From NCBI GenBank assembly GCA_951406725.2, contig OX597825.1, positions 50,220,001 to 50,284,000 of the forward strand: a DNA stretch of 64,000 nt, written 5' to 3'. A program made the translations under genes and the position numbers. Under the pieces are notes generated by a model that was not told the origin of the DNA, did not search any database, and worked only from the letters and a program-made list of their open reading frames with translations. The stretch is from Octopus vulgaris. Taxonomy: Eukaryota. This document shows, one piece after another, positions 14,530 to 29,260 of this stretch (positions are counted from its first letter, which is position 1; each line of letters starts with the position of its first letter).

Positions 14530-14725
14530 TAACTTTGCATCTGTGTTTGTTCCCCTCCACCACTTGCTAACCGGTGTTGGTGTGTTCACGTTCCGATAAC
14601 TTAGCTGTTCAACGAAAGTGACCGGCAGAAGAGAAAATAAGTACTGAGATCGATTCGTAGGACTAAAATCTCTTGAAGGCGGTACCCCAGCATGACCGCA
14701 GTCTAATGACTGAAACAAGCAAAAG
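14530..14725 (+). mobile_element. SINE family A, 3' body
   Basis: Ends in CAGCATG.CCGCAGTCTAATGACTGAAACAAG. Confidence 0.8.
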
Positions 14726-15723
14726 ATTAAAGATACATACATGCATACATACATCCATCCATACATAAATACATACATACATACACACATACATACACAC
14801 ACTCACATATGTATGTATGTGTGTGTGTGTATTATGTATCTTTTACTTGTTTCAGTCATTAGACTGTGGTCATTCTGGGTCACCGCTTTGCGGAATTTTA
14901 CTCGAACGAATTGGGCGAATATATATACATACAAGAGAGAGAGAGATTTCTGTGCGTGCGTGTGTGCGTGTGTGTGTGTGTTTGTGTGTGTATGCATGTT
15001 TTTGTCCTGTGTGTGTGTCTGTGTGTGTATGTCTGTGTGTGTCTCTGTGTGTGTGTCTGCGTGTGTGTGTTGATGGGACATTTTCTGGTGAAGAAGCAGA
15101 AACAGCAAAACGACGGGAAAATGCATGAAATCCGACCTCCGTTAAAGTTTATTTGTCTTGTTGTTGGTAAAATATGCTCAAGTCTACCTGGGTTGAATAA
15201 ATTCGCATGTTAGTGCACCTTATCATCAAACTACTACTTACCCTCTCCTACTTACACTCCTCTACAATACACCCTACTCCTTCCCAACTTACACACAACT
15301 TTGTTTTTGTTCCATTCATGTCTGCCCGTCTATCTTGACAAAAGATAAATTGTCCGAAACATTATTCCTTTCTTACCGTTACAGCACACTATTTGTCTTT
15401 GTGCTATTCTTGTTTCATTTTGTTCTTTATTTTCTCTTTGCTTTTTTATATAATTTGCGTTATTCATTCTCACGGTTGTGCAAATCCCTTTCCTAGCCCA
15501 CTGAGAATGTGTGCACCTTTTGCCCTAAAACATAATTGTCATTTCGACTTGACAAAAACATGAGAAACCCAAACTAAATGTAATAGCCAAGTACAAATGC
15601 GCTCAATGTGATCAACACAGTACCTGAAAATAATCAAAGTTGTTGCTGTATCTAGCGAGGGGTGGACACTGATGGACACTGGTTAGCTCAACTCAGCAAA
15701 AATAATGGGGCAAATCAAAATGC

Positions 15724-15775
<52 letters not shown>

Positions 15776-15875
15776 ATAGTAGTAATAGCAGCAGTAGCAG
15801 CAACAGCAGTAGCAGCGGCAGCAGCAGCTTTAACTATTTGTTAGGACACTAGAAAACGAAGTACATTCGCAATCC

Positions 15876-16345
<470 letters not shown>

Positions 16346-17134
16346 AATCCCACGTTTTGCTTCGTTTCAAAACTGTAAACATGTATTCTTGGTTCCGTGC
16401 TAAGTTAACCAACAATACAGCTAATTCAGATAACAACAATACAGTTAATTTAAACACCAACAATACAGGTAATTTAAATGGCGAACAACTGACAAATTAT
16501 TAAGTCAAGTACAGATATACTCCTAGGGGAACGTGATGAAGGTTACCATTCTGAATATTATGTACTAATGAAGATATTTTACAATCTGATCTAATTGAAG
16601 ACTCATCAAGCACACCAGAGAGACATGAATCGTGCATGTATAAAGATTCAAACGATACATTCTAATATAAATATCTGAAAGAGGTGTATTGATGTTGACG
16701 TCACGTAGTTCTGTGGCCAATATACCACCATCACTACTACCATCAGTAATAACAAAGACATTCCTGGGTTTTAAAACAAAGGAAGTAACCAAATAACACG
16801 AACTTTGGAAATAAAATTTGGATGCAAAACAGTAAATATACTTTTCTGTAATCTAATATGTGTCTCTTTACGGTTGATGCCTTCTGCATACAAGCTCACA
16901 AGGTAGCGTCTTATTCGAGATCCTTCTGCTATTCATTTGTGCGAGGTGTCTCACCTATCAGAAGCGGTACTTCCATACCATTATATGAAGATTTTGGTTC
17001 CCTTCAAAATTTCTATGTCGAGAGTCCAAAAGGATCATCTTACAGTTAAAATGTCTTAAGCATCTATAATAAAACTATTCAAGGACTTTCACATGATGCA
17101 TATAAATTAGATATTATTATAATTAGATATTAAT

Positions 17135-17347
17135 ATTGGTTTCAAGTTTTGGTACAAAGCCAGCAATTTCGGTTGAGGGAAAAGTCGATTACATCGACCC
17201 TAGTGCTCAACTAGCACTTATTTTATCTACCTTGAAAGGATGAAAGGCAAAGTCGACTCTGATGGCATTTGAACTCAGAACGTAGAATCGGAAGAAATGC
17301 TGCTCAGCATTTTCCGACACGGTAACGATTCTGCCAGCATGCCGCCT
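17135..17347 (-). mobile_element. SINE family B (Nin-domain-like)
   Basis: Contains the reverse complement of GTCGACTTTGCCTTTCATCCTTT..GATAAA, as in 37703-37922. Confidence 0.8.
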
Positions 17348-17769
17348 GTCTAAAGTATTATATTAACTATAAAATGCTGAATACAACTATTGACTATAGC
17401 GGTGCATTGCTTGACTATGCATATTAATTATAATAGTTGAATATACAGGCTTACAATAAATGTTGATTGTATATGTTGTATGCAAAATTACTATAAAAGC
17501 CTGACTAAAGGTGTTAACCGTAGACGTTGAGTAAAGTGGTTGATAAATGTTGACAAAAGTTGTTGACGATAGATGTTGACAAAATTTGATGACAGTAGAT
17601 CTGACTAAAGAGGGTGAAAATAGATATTGAACGAAGTTGTCGACAACAGATGGTATCTACAGTTGTTAATTAAACTTGTTGAACATACCCGTTGACTAAA
17701 GATGTTGTATAGACATACAACATTTGTTGACAATATGATGTTGTCTGAAGTTAATAACAACCTCAGTAT

Positions 17770-18130
17770 ATTTTACATGTTTCAGTCATTAGATTGCGCC
17801 CATGCTGGGACACCGACTTGAATTTTTACTCGAACGAATCGATCCCAATACTTACTTTCCTTTACCCTGATACTTTTTCGTCACTTTTGTCGAACCGCCA
17901 AGTTATGAGGACGTAAACACCGGTTGACAAGCGGTGACGGAGGACAAAGACAGACACATAAATATACATACATATACGACAGGCTTATTTGAGTTTCCGT
18001 CAACCAAATCCACTTATAAGACTTTGGTCGGCCCGAGGTTATAGTAGAGGTCACTTGCTCAAAGTGGCACACAGAGGGACTGAACCCGGAACCCTGAGGT
18101 TGGGAAGTAAATTTCTTACCACACAGCCAC
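17770..18130 (-). mobile_element. SINE family A inserted in the satellite
   Basis: Reverse complement of family A. Confidence 0.85.
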
Positions 18131-18906
18131 AGTTGTTGTCAAAATTGTGGATAATGTTAAGTAACTGAAATTGTTGAAAATCAAGGACCACTAACATTCT
18201 AGCCTATAGATGTTGACTGCATGAAAGCACTAAAAGTTCAAAACGTTGTTGACAATAAATGTTAATAGTAGATGTTGATCTAAATTGATAACAGTATACG
18301 GTCATTAAACCTACTCACTATAGTGTTGACTCAACTTGCTTGCAATAAATGTTGATTAATGATATTGACGTAGATGTTGAGTAACTAACTATATGTGTTG
18401 GCTATAGTTGTTGACAATAAATTTTGACTAAGAGTGCTAACTATAGTTTTTGACTCCTGATGTTGATTATAAAAGTGCACAAAAATTGTTGACAATAGTT
18501 ATTGACTAAAGATGATTCACAATTGTATACAATGATTACAGTAGGTGTTAACTAAAGTTGTAGACTATAAAAGTTGACTAATTTTGTTGACTCTATATAT
18601 TGAATAATGTTCTGGACTACAGAGTCTAATTGAAGTTGTAGACAATAGATTTTGGCTAAATTTATTGACAATAGATTTTCAGTGATATTTTTGACAATAG
18701 ATGTCCATTAAAAGCGTTAACTATTAATGTTGACTAAAATTGTTCACTACAGAAACTGATCAGGTTGTTGACTATAGATGCACTTTAAAATTGTTGGCTA
18801 TAGATTTTGAGTAAATTGATGATAACAGATGATGGCTAAAGTTGTTGAATATTGATTTAAAATAAGGTTGTTGACTATAAATGATGACTAGAGATGCTGA
18901 CAACGT

Positions 18907-19930
18907 TAGGGTGAGTCAAAAGATTTTTCGTATTTCAAGCTTTAATTATTAGTTTAAACAAATTACATACTAAAAGCGTCTGTTTGTCAAATTGTATCCC
19001 ATCTTATTCAATTGTCTGTTGTCGTCGTTGTGCCTGAACTGCAAACCATGCTTATACCATCTGGCTGGTTTAGAGGTAAAAAAATCTCCCTGCACCCGTT
19101 TTCAACCACATCTACATTGTTGAACTTCAGTTCGTACAGGACATAAGCTATGGCTCAGAAAAGATGGTTCAAGGCCTGGCTGTGGACAGAGTAAGGCAGC
19201 ACTTCCAGTCCTTTGACTTTTTTACATTGGCTTTATACTTAGTTACAATGTAACTAAGTTTTTACATAGTTACATTGGCAGTGTGTACTGGGGCAGTCAA
19301 CCTGTGGAAAAGTGCCAATGCCGGGTAGCGGTTGTTGAGCATAAAGGTTAACATTCACAGTATGATCATCCCAGGAAAGCTTAAAGTACAGTACTTGCCC
19401 AAAATTCCACCAAACACGCGACATAGCATTCTGTTTAAAGGGGTTTTGAAGCCTAGGCAGAACAAAGCATCTGATTACTCTTATTTGGTTAACGAAAATA
19501 GATCCAGTTTTTTTATTATCCCCACTTACAATTCAACTCCAGAAATGGGAATCTCGAGGATTTGCCATCGGTTGTTAGCAAATGTTCACAGGTCATTGAG
19601 CCTGGACATTGGTCAGTTCATGAAGAGCTTCTCAACAGCGCTTGTTCACAACGCCGAGCTTATTGAAGTGCTGATGGTACTCTGTGATGATCCAAGTTTT
19701 GCCGATAATGGCTGTTGTTCAACCATTTTAAGCAAGGCTTTCTCTCCCACAACAGAAGGTCTACCTAACCTTGCTTCGTCTTCCAGGCTGGTATTACCTT
19801 CCTTGAATTGTTTGAACGTTTTGTGCTACACGTTCGTTGACGATTCGTGGGTCTTACAGATCATTAATTTCTTTCGTTGCACTTAGGCCTTACGCTTAAT
19901 CATTTTGTCGACAGGCAGAGTAAAATTACT
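18907..19930 (-). mobile_element. Decayed mariner transposon
   Basis: Minus strand gives FKQFKEGNTSLEDEARLGRPS, IVSGD, and LEVLP..HLF..FNNVD.VENGCR..SKPARWY. A TIR-like TAGGGTGAGTCAAAA starts at 18907. Confidence 0.8.
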
Positions 19931-20111
19931 CTAATTGCAATTTTTCCACCTGTCATTATCAAAGCTGTAAAGTATGAATTGTCTCATTTAGTTTCTCCTT
20001 TGGAATCTTTCAGCTCCCTGTTGTCCACCAATTTGTGTTGTATCACGAGAACCGTTCGGTCAGCTTATGAATTTCTTCCAGATTTTTACTCTTTACTTTC
20101 TGAGTTCAAGT

Positions 20112-20309
20112 CAGCAGTTCTCAGCTGTAGCACCTAGGGCCGCATGCAGCCCTCAAAGCATCCTTCAAGTGTCCGCCAGTGGTCTTCCCTCTAGAAATAT
20201 AACAATGTTTTCTTTACCTGAATGGTGTTTTACTCTTTTTGGTGCAGTCCCCTTAAAAAAACCCAGGTTTGGGATCTGGTCCAGATATAAAAAAGGTTCA
20301 GAACCCCTG
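20112..20309. mobile_element. hAT-like MITE
   Basis: Ends CAGCAGTTCTCA / TTCAGAACCCCTG; subterminal GGGCCGCATGCAGCCC. Confidence 0.45.
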
Positions 20310-22689
20310 GTTCATATCTTGCCAAAGTTAATAAAATAAAATGCCACTGAAGCAGTGCAGTCGATGGTATTGACCAACTCCGTCCTCTCAAAATTGCTGG
20401 CCTTGGGCCAAAACCAAAAGACAAGTATTTTAATCATCCGATTGCTACACGTTTTTTATGGAGAAGCAAAGTAAATGATGAGACAACCAAGCTTAGTGAG
20501 CAAGAGATCAAATCCAATTGCTGCAAGTATTTCAGTCACTATCTGGGACTGAACTCAGTTCACCTGAGTTTCTCTTTTGTCAGAATTAGTTCCATTGAAT
20601 GTTCATCTAACACCACACACAGTCATACATATATACTTTGATTAATATACTCACTCTTATGACAATAGATGAAGGCTAAAGTTGTAAATAAAAAATATTA
20701 AGTAAATTAGTTGTTTATACATATTGAATGAATTTCTGGAATATAGATGCTAACTGAAGTTGCTGACTATAGACGTTAACTATAGTTGTTGATAATAAAT
20801 GTTGAATTAATTTTTTTTTTACTATAGATATTGACTAAAGCTGTTGGTGATTGATGTTCCTCGAAAGTTGTCTGCAATACATAGCTGACTAAAGATTTTG
20901 CCATCAAGATATGGCTTAAATATTATGAAAATAAATGCTGACTAAATGTAAACTAAACATGTTGACTATAGGTGTCTACGAACATTATTCACTAAATGCT
21001 GTCTAAAGTTGGTGACGATAAAAACTTACTAGTAACGTTATTGACAACAAATTTTAACAAATGTTATTGTTAATAAATGATGACTAAATCTGTTGAGTAA
21101 TGATATTGACTAAAGTTATTGACAAGAGATGTTGACTAAAGTTGTTACAACACATTAACTAATGCTGTTGATTATAAAAAATTGACTAAAACTTTTAATT
21201 TCAGGTGGCGACTAAATATCATGACAAAAGATTTTGACTAGCGTTGTTGAAGATAGATGTTAACTAATGTTGTTTGCAATAGATGATTATATTTGTTGAC
21301 TATAGCTGTTGTCTAACGTTATTGACAATAAATGCCAATTTTGCTGAGTACAAAGGGGTGTCAAAATTTCTTGAGTATAAATGTTGTCCAAAATTAATAG
21401 CAAAAAATATTGACTAAAGTTGTTGACTATAAATATTGACTAAAGTTGATTGTAAAAGTTCACAGATGTTGCTAACAATAGATACAGGCTAAGGTTTTGA
21501 TGATTCAATTTGTTGACAGTAGATGTTAGTAAAGTATAGTATTTCACTATAAATTTTGACTAAACTTTTGAAAATAGATTTTGACTGGGCTGCAGATATT
21601 AGTTAAATTTGTCGATAAATATTGACGAATGCTTTTAACTATAAATACAGATTAATGTTGTTGACTATAGCAGTTGACTATGGTGGTTGGCCTTAGACGT
21701 TGATATAAGTTTATCACAATAGATGTTGACTAATGTTGTTGATTAAATTTGTTAACAATAGATTTCAACTGCATCTGTTGAGTTTACATATTGACTAAAT
21801 TCATTGCGAATAAAGATTGAATAAATTCTGGACTATAGCTTTTGTCTAAAGCTGATAACAAAAAATGTCAAAAAATGTTGTCTAAAGATGTTGGCTAATC
21901 TTCTGTTGTTGGCATTAGATGTTGACTATAAATGTTGGCAAAAGATAATAGGAGTTAATAATAGGCATTGATATTACCAAAAGATGTCTATTCAATTTAT
22001 TATCTATAAATGTAGACGACAGTTTTTGACTATGGTTGACAATGGATTTTTACTAATCTTATTGACAATAGATGTTGACTGTAGATATTAACTAATAATG
22101 TTGAAGTAGGTTTTGAAGTAGGTGTTGAAGTAGGTGCTTTGAAAGTGCAGGTTAACTAAGGTAGTTGACACTAGAAGTTGATTCATGTTCTGGAGAATAG
22201 TTGTTGATTAAATTTGTTGATTATAGATGTTGCTTAAATTTATTGAAAATTGTTGTTAACTATAGGAGTTGACAATAGATGTTGGCTTAAGTTGTTGACT
22301 AGATATTGATTATATACATTGCCTGTCGATGTTGTCGAAATTTCTGGACTATAGTTGTTGACAAATACTGTTGGCTATAGATGTTGACTGACTTGTGGAC
22401 CATCGAATTTGGCTATAGTTGTTGACGAAAGATGTTGACTAAAGTTTGTTGACAACGGATGCTGACTAAAGTTCTTTATTATTGATTTTGACTAGAGTTG
22501 CTGACTTAGAAGTTGACTAAAATTGTTGGCAATAGATATTGATTAAAATTCTTGCCTACAAATGTTGACTAAATTTCTAGGCAATAGATGCTGAATGAAA
22601 TTGTTGACAACAGAAGTTGGTTAAAGCACTGGATTATAGATGTTGATTAAATCTGCTGACAATACGACTTCACAAAATTAATCGCCCAC

Positions 22690-24980
22690 ATTCACTCCTT
22701 CAATCATTATTTCCTTTCTATTCATGTGGAGTATAGTGCATCGATAAGAGTTCTCCATTTGTTTCAATATTTTTCAAGGGGCTACAGTTGCCTCCAAGTG
22801 TAGCCACCTGCCAGTGCTTCAGTTTCTCTACCACCTATTCCATGTTACTTTTAGTTTGTCAGTCTTCCATCTCCTTGAGATGGCCATCCGAGGGCTTGCC
22901 TTGTAAATCCGAAAACAGGCTTCCATATGATATGTCCCAACCAACTCCATTTTTTCTTATTGATCTGCGTTTCGATATGTTGCTGGGTCGAATGTTTCCA
23001 ATCTGTCTTGCCATCTCACCCGAACGGTGTTCCGGGTCTGTTCATAAACGTATGGACCTCATGATTAGAAACTTTGTGAGTTTCCAAGTTTCACACACGT
23101 GCCGCAGAAACCTCCACACGTTTGTTTTAAAGATTCTAAGTCTTGTATTTATTGTCAAGTTCTGTAATTTGAGCATCCTGAAAGCAACTGTTGCTTTCTT
23201 AATCCTTGGGTTTTTATATCCTGATCTCTTCTACATCTTCAAATATGCGACGCTTCCCAGGTATGTGAAATGACCGACATCTTCAATTTCTTCTTCTCTA
23301 TAAAGTTGTCATCATTGGCAGCGTGCATTCTCATGCTTTTTGTCTTCCAGATGTTGATCTTGAGGCTAACTTTCATGAATGTCATGTTCATTGCTATGAC
23401 CTTCTTCTCCATGTCAGTGTAGCCCCGAGGGAGAAGGTCAATATCATCGACGAAGTCGTGAAGATGGACCATTGTATTCACCTGGGCTGGGCTATACTTT
23501 GGTTGCTTCTTTCGTCCTCTAGTCAGTTGTCATTAGGGAAAGAAAGGGAGATAGCAGGCATCTCCTGTCAGGAAAGTAAACGGTTTCATCAAAGTACCTT
23601 CATGTACAACTTGGCACGTAGATCGTTCGTAGGCAGCTCTAACCTAAGTAAAGATCTTTTCAAGGATATCAAAATGTCGAATCAATTTCACACTGTCAAA
23701 TACTTCCTCACAATCGATAGATGTCATATATTCCTGATAAAATCAATGATTGATCTCTCCTGTTGGAATCCAGTTTCTTCATTTCGTAAAAGTTTATCCA
23801 ACTCATCTTTTACTATTTCAAAAAGCATTTCGTTAAACACCTTTCCGGTGATGGAAAGGAGTGTGATGCCTTTCTAGTTGGTTTTGTCTTTCAAGTACCT
23901 TTTCTTTGGAAATTTGATGAGATGGCCATATTCCCAGTCTTCTCATAACCTCTCTGTATCCCAAATGTTTTTGAACAGGCGGTAAAGAGCTTCGATCAAC
24001 GAAACTATGCTTTCAATACTTCATCTGGGATTTCGTTTCAGCCTGGTGCTTTTCTGTTCCTCATTTTGAAGATCACTTTACATATTTTTCCTCGTGTTAA
24101 AGTCACTGTGCTGATATTCAGCGAACTATTGCTGGAGGTATCTCTGTACGATTCACTGGAGCTGAACGGGTTAGAAGCTCTTCAAAGTATTCCCTCCATT
24201 TCTTCAATTATTCCTGCTGTTTTGTGTTAACATCTTTGTCTTTGACAAGGTAGAAAGTGGCTCGCTTATTTACTGAAAGTCTCTTAGTTCTTTCAGGTTT
24301 CTCTAGGGCACCGCTTCTTGCTCTTCTCAGGTAAAAACCCTCTACATACTTTCTGTGGTCCTCCTTTACATTCCGTTTCACAACCTAATTGAGCTCAGTG
24401 TATTCTGTTTCTATGTTTTGCTGACATGGTTATGCAGTTGTTGTGCTCAGCTTATGCAGTGGGAAATCTATGGTGGTTTGTGGTTGATCATAGAATGTTA
24501 TTTTTAATTGTTAGTTGGTTCATAGCTCTGTATTAGGTTCACCTTTTTCTTGCTAGTGAATCTGGCTGTCATGACCCTAGATAATACAGGTGACCATCCC
24601 ATCAGGGATGCTGCTTAGTTTCCGGAGAACATGAAGCCAACTCCTTCACCGTGTGGTACGTCGTCTACTTTATACCCTAGGTTGACTTAAGTTTCTTCTG
24701 TAGCCAGGGGCAGGTGTCCTGACTTTAGGCACCTCGTCTCAAAGAGACCGAGTGCTGCAAACTTTTAGAGCTTCATTTCAGCAGAAATCTGGGTCATTTT
24801 TTCCTATTTCGAATATTGTCCTGGTGTTTCATGTTTCTAGCTACTGCTTCATTTGCAATCTCAAAGAACAACCTCTCCTTACATCAGTTTCATATGTTCT
24901 TTTTTGGCAATTCAGTAGCAACATAGAAAATTAATAATGCAGGACTGTTAGCCCTATGCCAATCACCCTCCTTTCTCTGT
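22690..24980 (-). mobile_element. Decayed, internally deleted RTE-clade LINE
   Basis: Minus strand shows an endonuclease HGEGVGF motif, RT DFVDDIDLL..SLKINIWKTKSM, and a 3' RTE-type tail. Confidence 0.85.
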
Positions 24981-25499
24981 CAGGTTTTGGATCGACTATA
25001 GCAGTTTTGTTGACTACAAATGCTGACTAAAATTCTTGGCTACAAATAGTGTCTAAAATTGTTGATAATAAATTTTGCCTAAAGTTTTATACTGTAGATG
25101 TTAACAAAAGTTGTTGACAATAAATGCTAACTTAATTTGTTGACAATAGTTATTGCATAAAGATGACTGTAGATGTTGACAAAAGCTAAAGTAGTTGACT
25201 ATGAATGTTTACTATGAATGTTGACTATAGATGTTGATTAAAGTTGTTGACTATAGATATTGACAAAATTGTCAACTATAAATACTAACTAATGTCAACT
25301 AAAGTTTTTGACGGCAGATTTTAACTAAATTTGTTGACAATTGATAGTAATTAAAATTGTTGGTTTTTGCTGTTGCCTAAAATGACTAAGAGTAAATGTT
25401 GAGTTGTTGTGAATAAACAACAGAGTATAAGTGATCTGAGTGATTTGCAGTGTGCAAGAGAGAAGATTGTGCTGGTACAGTAATGTAATGAAGACAGTT

Positions 25500-26030
25500 G
25501 CATTAAAAAGTGCTAGTTTCTAATTGTGGCGGGAAAGTATGGAAGAAGTAGTCCCAGAAAGATGTGGGATGAAGTGGTGAGAAAGGATCTTAGCCTCATA
25601 GTTCTTCAGATGTTGAGCCTAGATTGAGACTTCTAGTGGTCACTGCGCTTGAGAAGACATGTCAAGCTAAATAAATCCTTGGTCGTCCTTGCATACAGGC
25701 ATATCACCTGCATCCCTCTTCAGCTGAGTCTTCCTAAACTTGTTGGCTCATACCACATAGAAAGCGCCTGTGCTGGTGCCATGTAAAAGCACCCATATTG
25801 GGGCTGCATAAAAGCACGCAGTACACTCTGTAAAGTAGTTGGTATTAGGAAGGGCATCCATCTGCAGAAAGCATGCCAAAACAGACATAGAGCTTGGACA
25901 GCACTCCAGCTGGTCAGCTCTTGTCAAACCATCCAACCCATGCCAGCATGGAAAACAGACGTTAAATGATGATGATGATGATGATGATGATGACGACGAC
26001 GACGACGACGACGACGACGATGTCGATGAC

Positions 26031-26089
<59 letters not shown>

Positions 26090-26093
26090 CGAT
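25500..26093 (+). mobile_element. RTE-type LINE 3' end with (GAT)n tail
   Basis: GRSSPRKMWDEVVRKDL, homologous to the 60400 element, followed by a 3' UTR ending GACGTTAAATGATGAT... Confidence 0.75.
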
Positions 26094-26944
26094 GGTATGT
26101 TAATAGATTTGGGCTGTTAACAGATTTTGACTAAAGTTGCAGACTCATGATGTTAAGAAATTATGTTAGCTAAATTTGTTGGCTAATAATGTTGACATGT
26201 AACTCTCCCAACATATCTTATAGCAAAATTAGAAAACCATGCAATACTGATAACTATTCATCAATACATTATGGAGAAAAGGAATTAATTTGAACGCATA
26301 TGTTTTCAACATGAAATGGTGAATTACCAACCTAGCTCCTTCTAGTGAATGGTCTAGATCTATTCATTCAATTCTACAAACTCAGATACAATTCAATGAA
26401 CACAGCATATAGATGAGGACCAAGAAGGAACTGTGCAGATGCTGACTAAAATGATAGACACAGTGTGTAGATGCTGATTGGATAGACAGTGAAAAGATAA
26501 TGATATGTGTACATTAAACATTAATTAAAACCAGTCTGCAATAATTAACTAGACATATTAGATAGATTCCATCAATAATTTACAATCATATTAGGCCCCA
26601 TTAAACAACATAAAAAAGAAGCTGATATACAAGAATAGAAATGATCTTAAAATATGCTAAACTCTTACAAAAGAGTATTTCCATACTGGAATTAAGCATT
26701 CATTTCAAAGTGAACAACTTAAACAGAAGTTTTAAATGTCCATTAAATTCTCTAATCAATTGTCTGTATATTCTAATCGTTTAGACATTGATCAATTATT
26801 GATCAATGATTCATCCTCAATGAGGTTCTTAATTACACATAGCACCATTGAATACTGTTACAATAGCAAATATAATTGTTATATTACAAAGGAAGTAATA
26901 TAGTATCTAGGGTTAATATCAGAATATATTTTGGAGTCTTGGCT

Positions 26945-27515
26945 CAGACACTAGAGGTCAGCTACTACAGAGTATTAGCGTGAGAGGTTAATGACAACAG
27001 ATAGATTTTCAGATACCAGTAGTTTACTTTCTGTAGATATAGTTTTTGACACAAGAGGTTAGTAACTAAAGATTTAAAGACCAGAATTCAGTGTCCACAG
27101 CTACAAGTTTGGACATCAAAGGTCAGAGACTTATACAGTCTTAGGTACCTGAGGTCAGTGGCAGTAGATACAGCTTTGAAGATATAATTCCCTTGGCAAA
27201 TATCAGTTTATGGTAGAAATATCGAACCAAATGTCATTGTAGCTTATATATGGCCAACACAAGTTCAATCAAGATCAAAAGCTTTTAATTTTTTCAAATT
27301 CCTGTTTGTATATCAATTATTACACTGTTTGATGTTGACATTTAGTGATTAAACAGTGACCACACTGTGTCTCTAGACCACCAGTAATTAAATGCAAATC
27401 ATAAGCTGTCTGTTGACACTCAGTTATTAAACACTGACTATAACAAGTCTGTTGACCACCATTAATTACACACTGACCATGAAATGTCTATTGACCAGTG
27501 GAAATTAAATACTGG
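26945..27515. repeat. Two adjacent degenerate minisatellites (~33-bp unit 26945-27180; ~39-bp unit 27320-27515)
   Basis: Recurring GAGGTCAGT..CAGATA, then GTCTGTTGAC..TAATTAAACACTGAC. Confidence 0.55.
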
Positions 27516-28049
27516 AGAGTTACTACTGCAATAACAGAAAATTGTACTGTTACTTATTGTACTTGAAACAAAAAAAGGCATTAAATTACAAAAACACCTC
27601 AATGAAACGTCAACAGATGTTTTTGAACAGTTGTTTATTATCATTTAAATAAGTAAATATCGTTATTACATAAAGTTGTGTAATAAAAAAGTGTTTGCAA
27701 ATCTATGACAAAATAGTAAATGGTTGCACACAGTCTCTCAGCTGGGAACTGGTATTAAAGAAAGAACAATTATAACTACAAATATATAATTAGGCACTTA
27801 CTTTCAGCAATATATACATACGAACATAACCAAAATATATACCAAAATGGTTTCTTACATTAGAACAGAGAAATAGAGTCAAACCAACTGACATTAATGG
27901 CATCATCGGTATTTCTTCTGATACACCATGAGAATCAATGGCAAAAATTGATCTTTATGAGATCCTCAACTTCAAATACAGAGGAAAGGAAACAAACGTA
28001 GTTTGGTACTTAAGACCAATTCTGCACCCTTTTAACCATTTCTCTAAAG

Positions 28050-28305
28050 CAGTGTTTCTCAGCTATTTTTTTTTTACTTATGAACCCCTTTGATTCTTGT
28101 TTTACTTAGGTGGTCTCTCATAGCCATTTGATGTTTAAAACATACTATTATTATATTTTTATACTTAAATATCCTTACGAATTGTATTAAAAAATTCTGA
28201 AAACATTTTCGTTCACGTACAAGTATCACCACTTATTGTGAATAAATTTTAACAACAAAATCTTATATGGATCTCAGGTACTACATGGACCCTCATTGGG
28301 AAAGA
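28050..28305. mobile_element. hAT-like MITE family (related copies at 44824-45180 and 50198-50453)
   Basis: CAGTG.TTCTCA / GAGAACCACT-type termini and a shared interior (CCATAGCCATT.GATGTTTAAAA). Confidence 0.6.
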
Positions 28306-28688
28306 TTCTTTATAAGAGGCAATGAAGTCTTTCCTGAAAAAGGTTTTATGAATTGTTGGTATACACTGTAACAAAATCTCATTTAAAATGGTTTTAATGA
28401 AAACTAAAATGTGCTGATTTTTTCCAGTTATTAAAGAACAGATCAATATTTAACAATAACTTTATATTTGGTATAACATTAAAGCTGTAAAAAATATTAG
28501 TAAAAGTCAATTCCAAATTGTATTTTATACTTTCACAATTTTAATGCGATTTGATAAAAACATACATAATTACACATAAAAGTGTGTCTATGCATATATG
28601 ATTGTGTCTTACTCACACACACAAACACACACACACACACAAACACACGCGCGCACACACACACACATATATATATATATGCATATAT

Positions 28689-29260
28689 GGGTATAGGACG
28701 TCACCAACTGTGTAAACAATATTAAGTACGAAAACAAACGAGCTCAAAACGCAAACAGCGAGAGAAAAAATGAAAAACAGGACAAGTAATCACAGAGAAC
28801 GACACTTCATCAGTTGTCGGCTGTCTATCTACTCCTCTTTTCGAGCATTCAGTGACTACATGAGTCTTCAAAGACAGTTGCTCCCATAAATTCCAATATA
28901 AAATTTTGGATTTATAGAGGGTCAAAATTGGGAACAAAAACAGGACAGTGGAGACATATAAAGGATCCGAACGAAAATAAACAGAGGGTCGTTAGACCAG
29001 AACAAGAGGAAAGTAGTGAAAGCTGGGAGAAATATTTTCTTTGAAAACAGAAAAGACAGAAGAGAAAGAAAACGTCCAGTCCTCAGAACGTCGTGCAGAA
29101 AAAGAAAGATGGTCACATGAGGAAAAGAAAGATGGGCGATGGTCAAGAGTAAGCAACGTGAGTGAGAAAAAGAGAAAGAAGGGGAGAGAGAGAAAGATAG
29201 AAAAACGATGAAGAGGAGAAAGAGGAAATTAGAAAAGGATGGGGGAAGAAAACAGCATAG
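28689..29260 (-). mobile_element. PLE-type terminal repeat abutting (TA)n; homologous to 34013-34320
   Basis: 28921-29255 is the reverse complement of 34040-34320. Both copies begin GGGTA(T/C)AGGACGTCACCAA right after (TA)n. The PLE assignment is an inference. Confidence 0.55.

Larger units (their letters stand above)
17370..26195. repeat. Degenerate 13-bp/26-bp satellite (GTTGACTATAGAT-GTTGACTAAAGTT)n in blocks 17370-18905, 20655-22670, 24980-25410 and 26095-26195
   Basis: TTGACTA recurs with ~13-bp spacing, and two subunit types alternate. Confidence 0.85.

Noticed and set aside
15335-15370. TTGACAA..GAAAC hammerhead remnant
   Set aside because: No stem I or stem III partner is visible.
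17370-22670. CRISPR-like array or repetitive protein
   Set aside because: No constant repeat with unique spacers, the 13/26-bp period is not a multiple of 3, stops are frequent, and the context is eukaryotic.
27630-27960. Possible minus-strand exons
   Set aside because: The implied intron is only ~50 nt and the peptide is unrecognisable.
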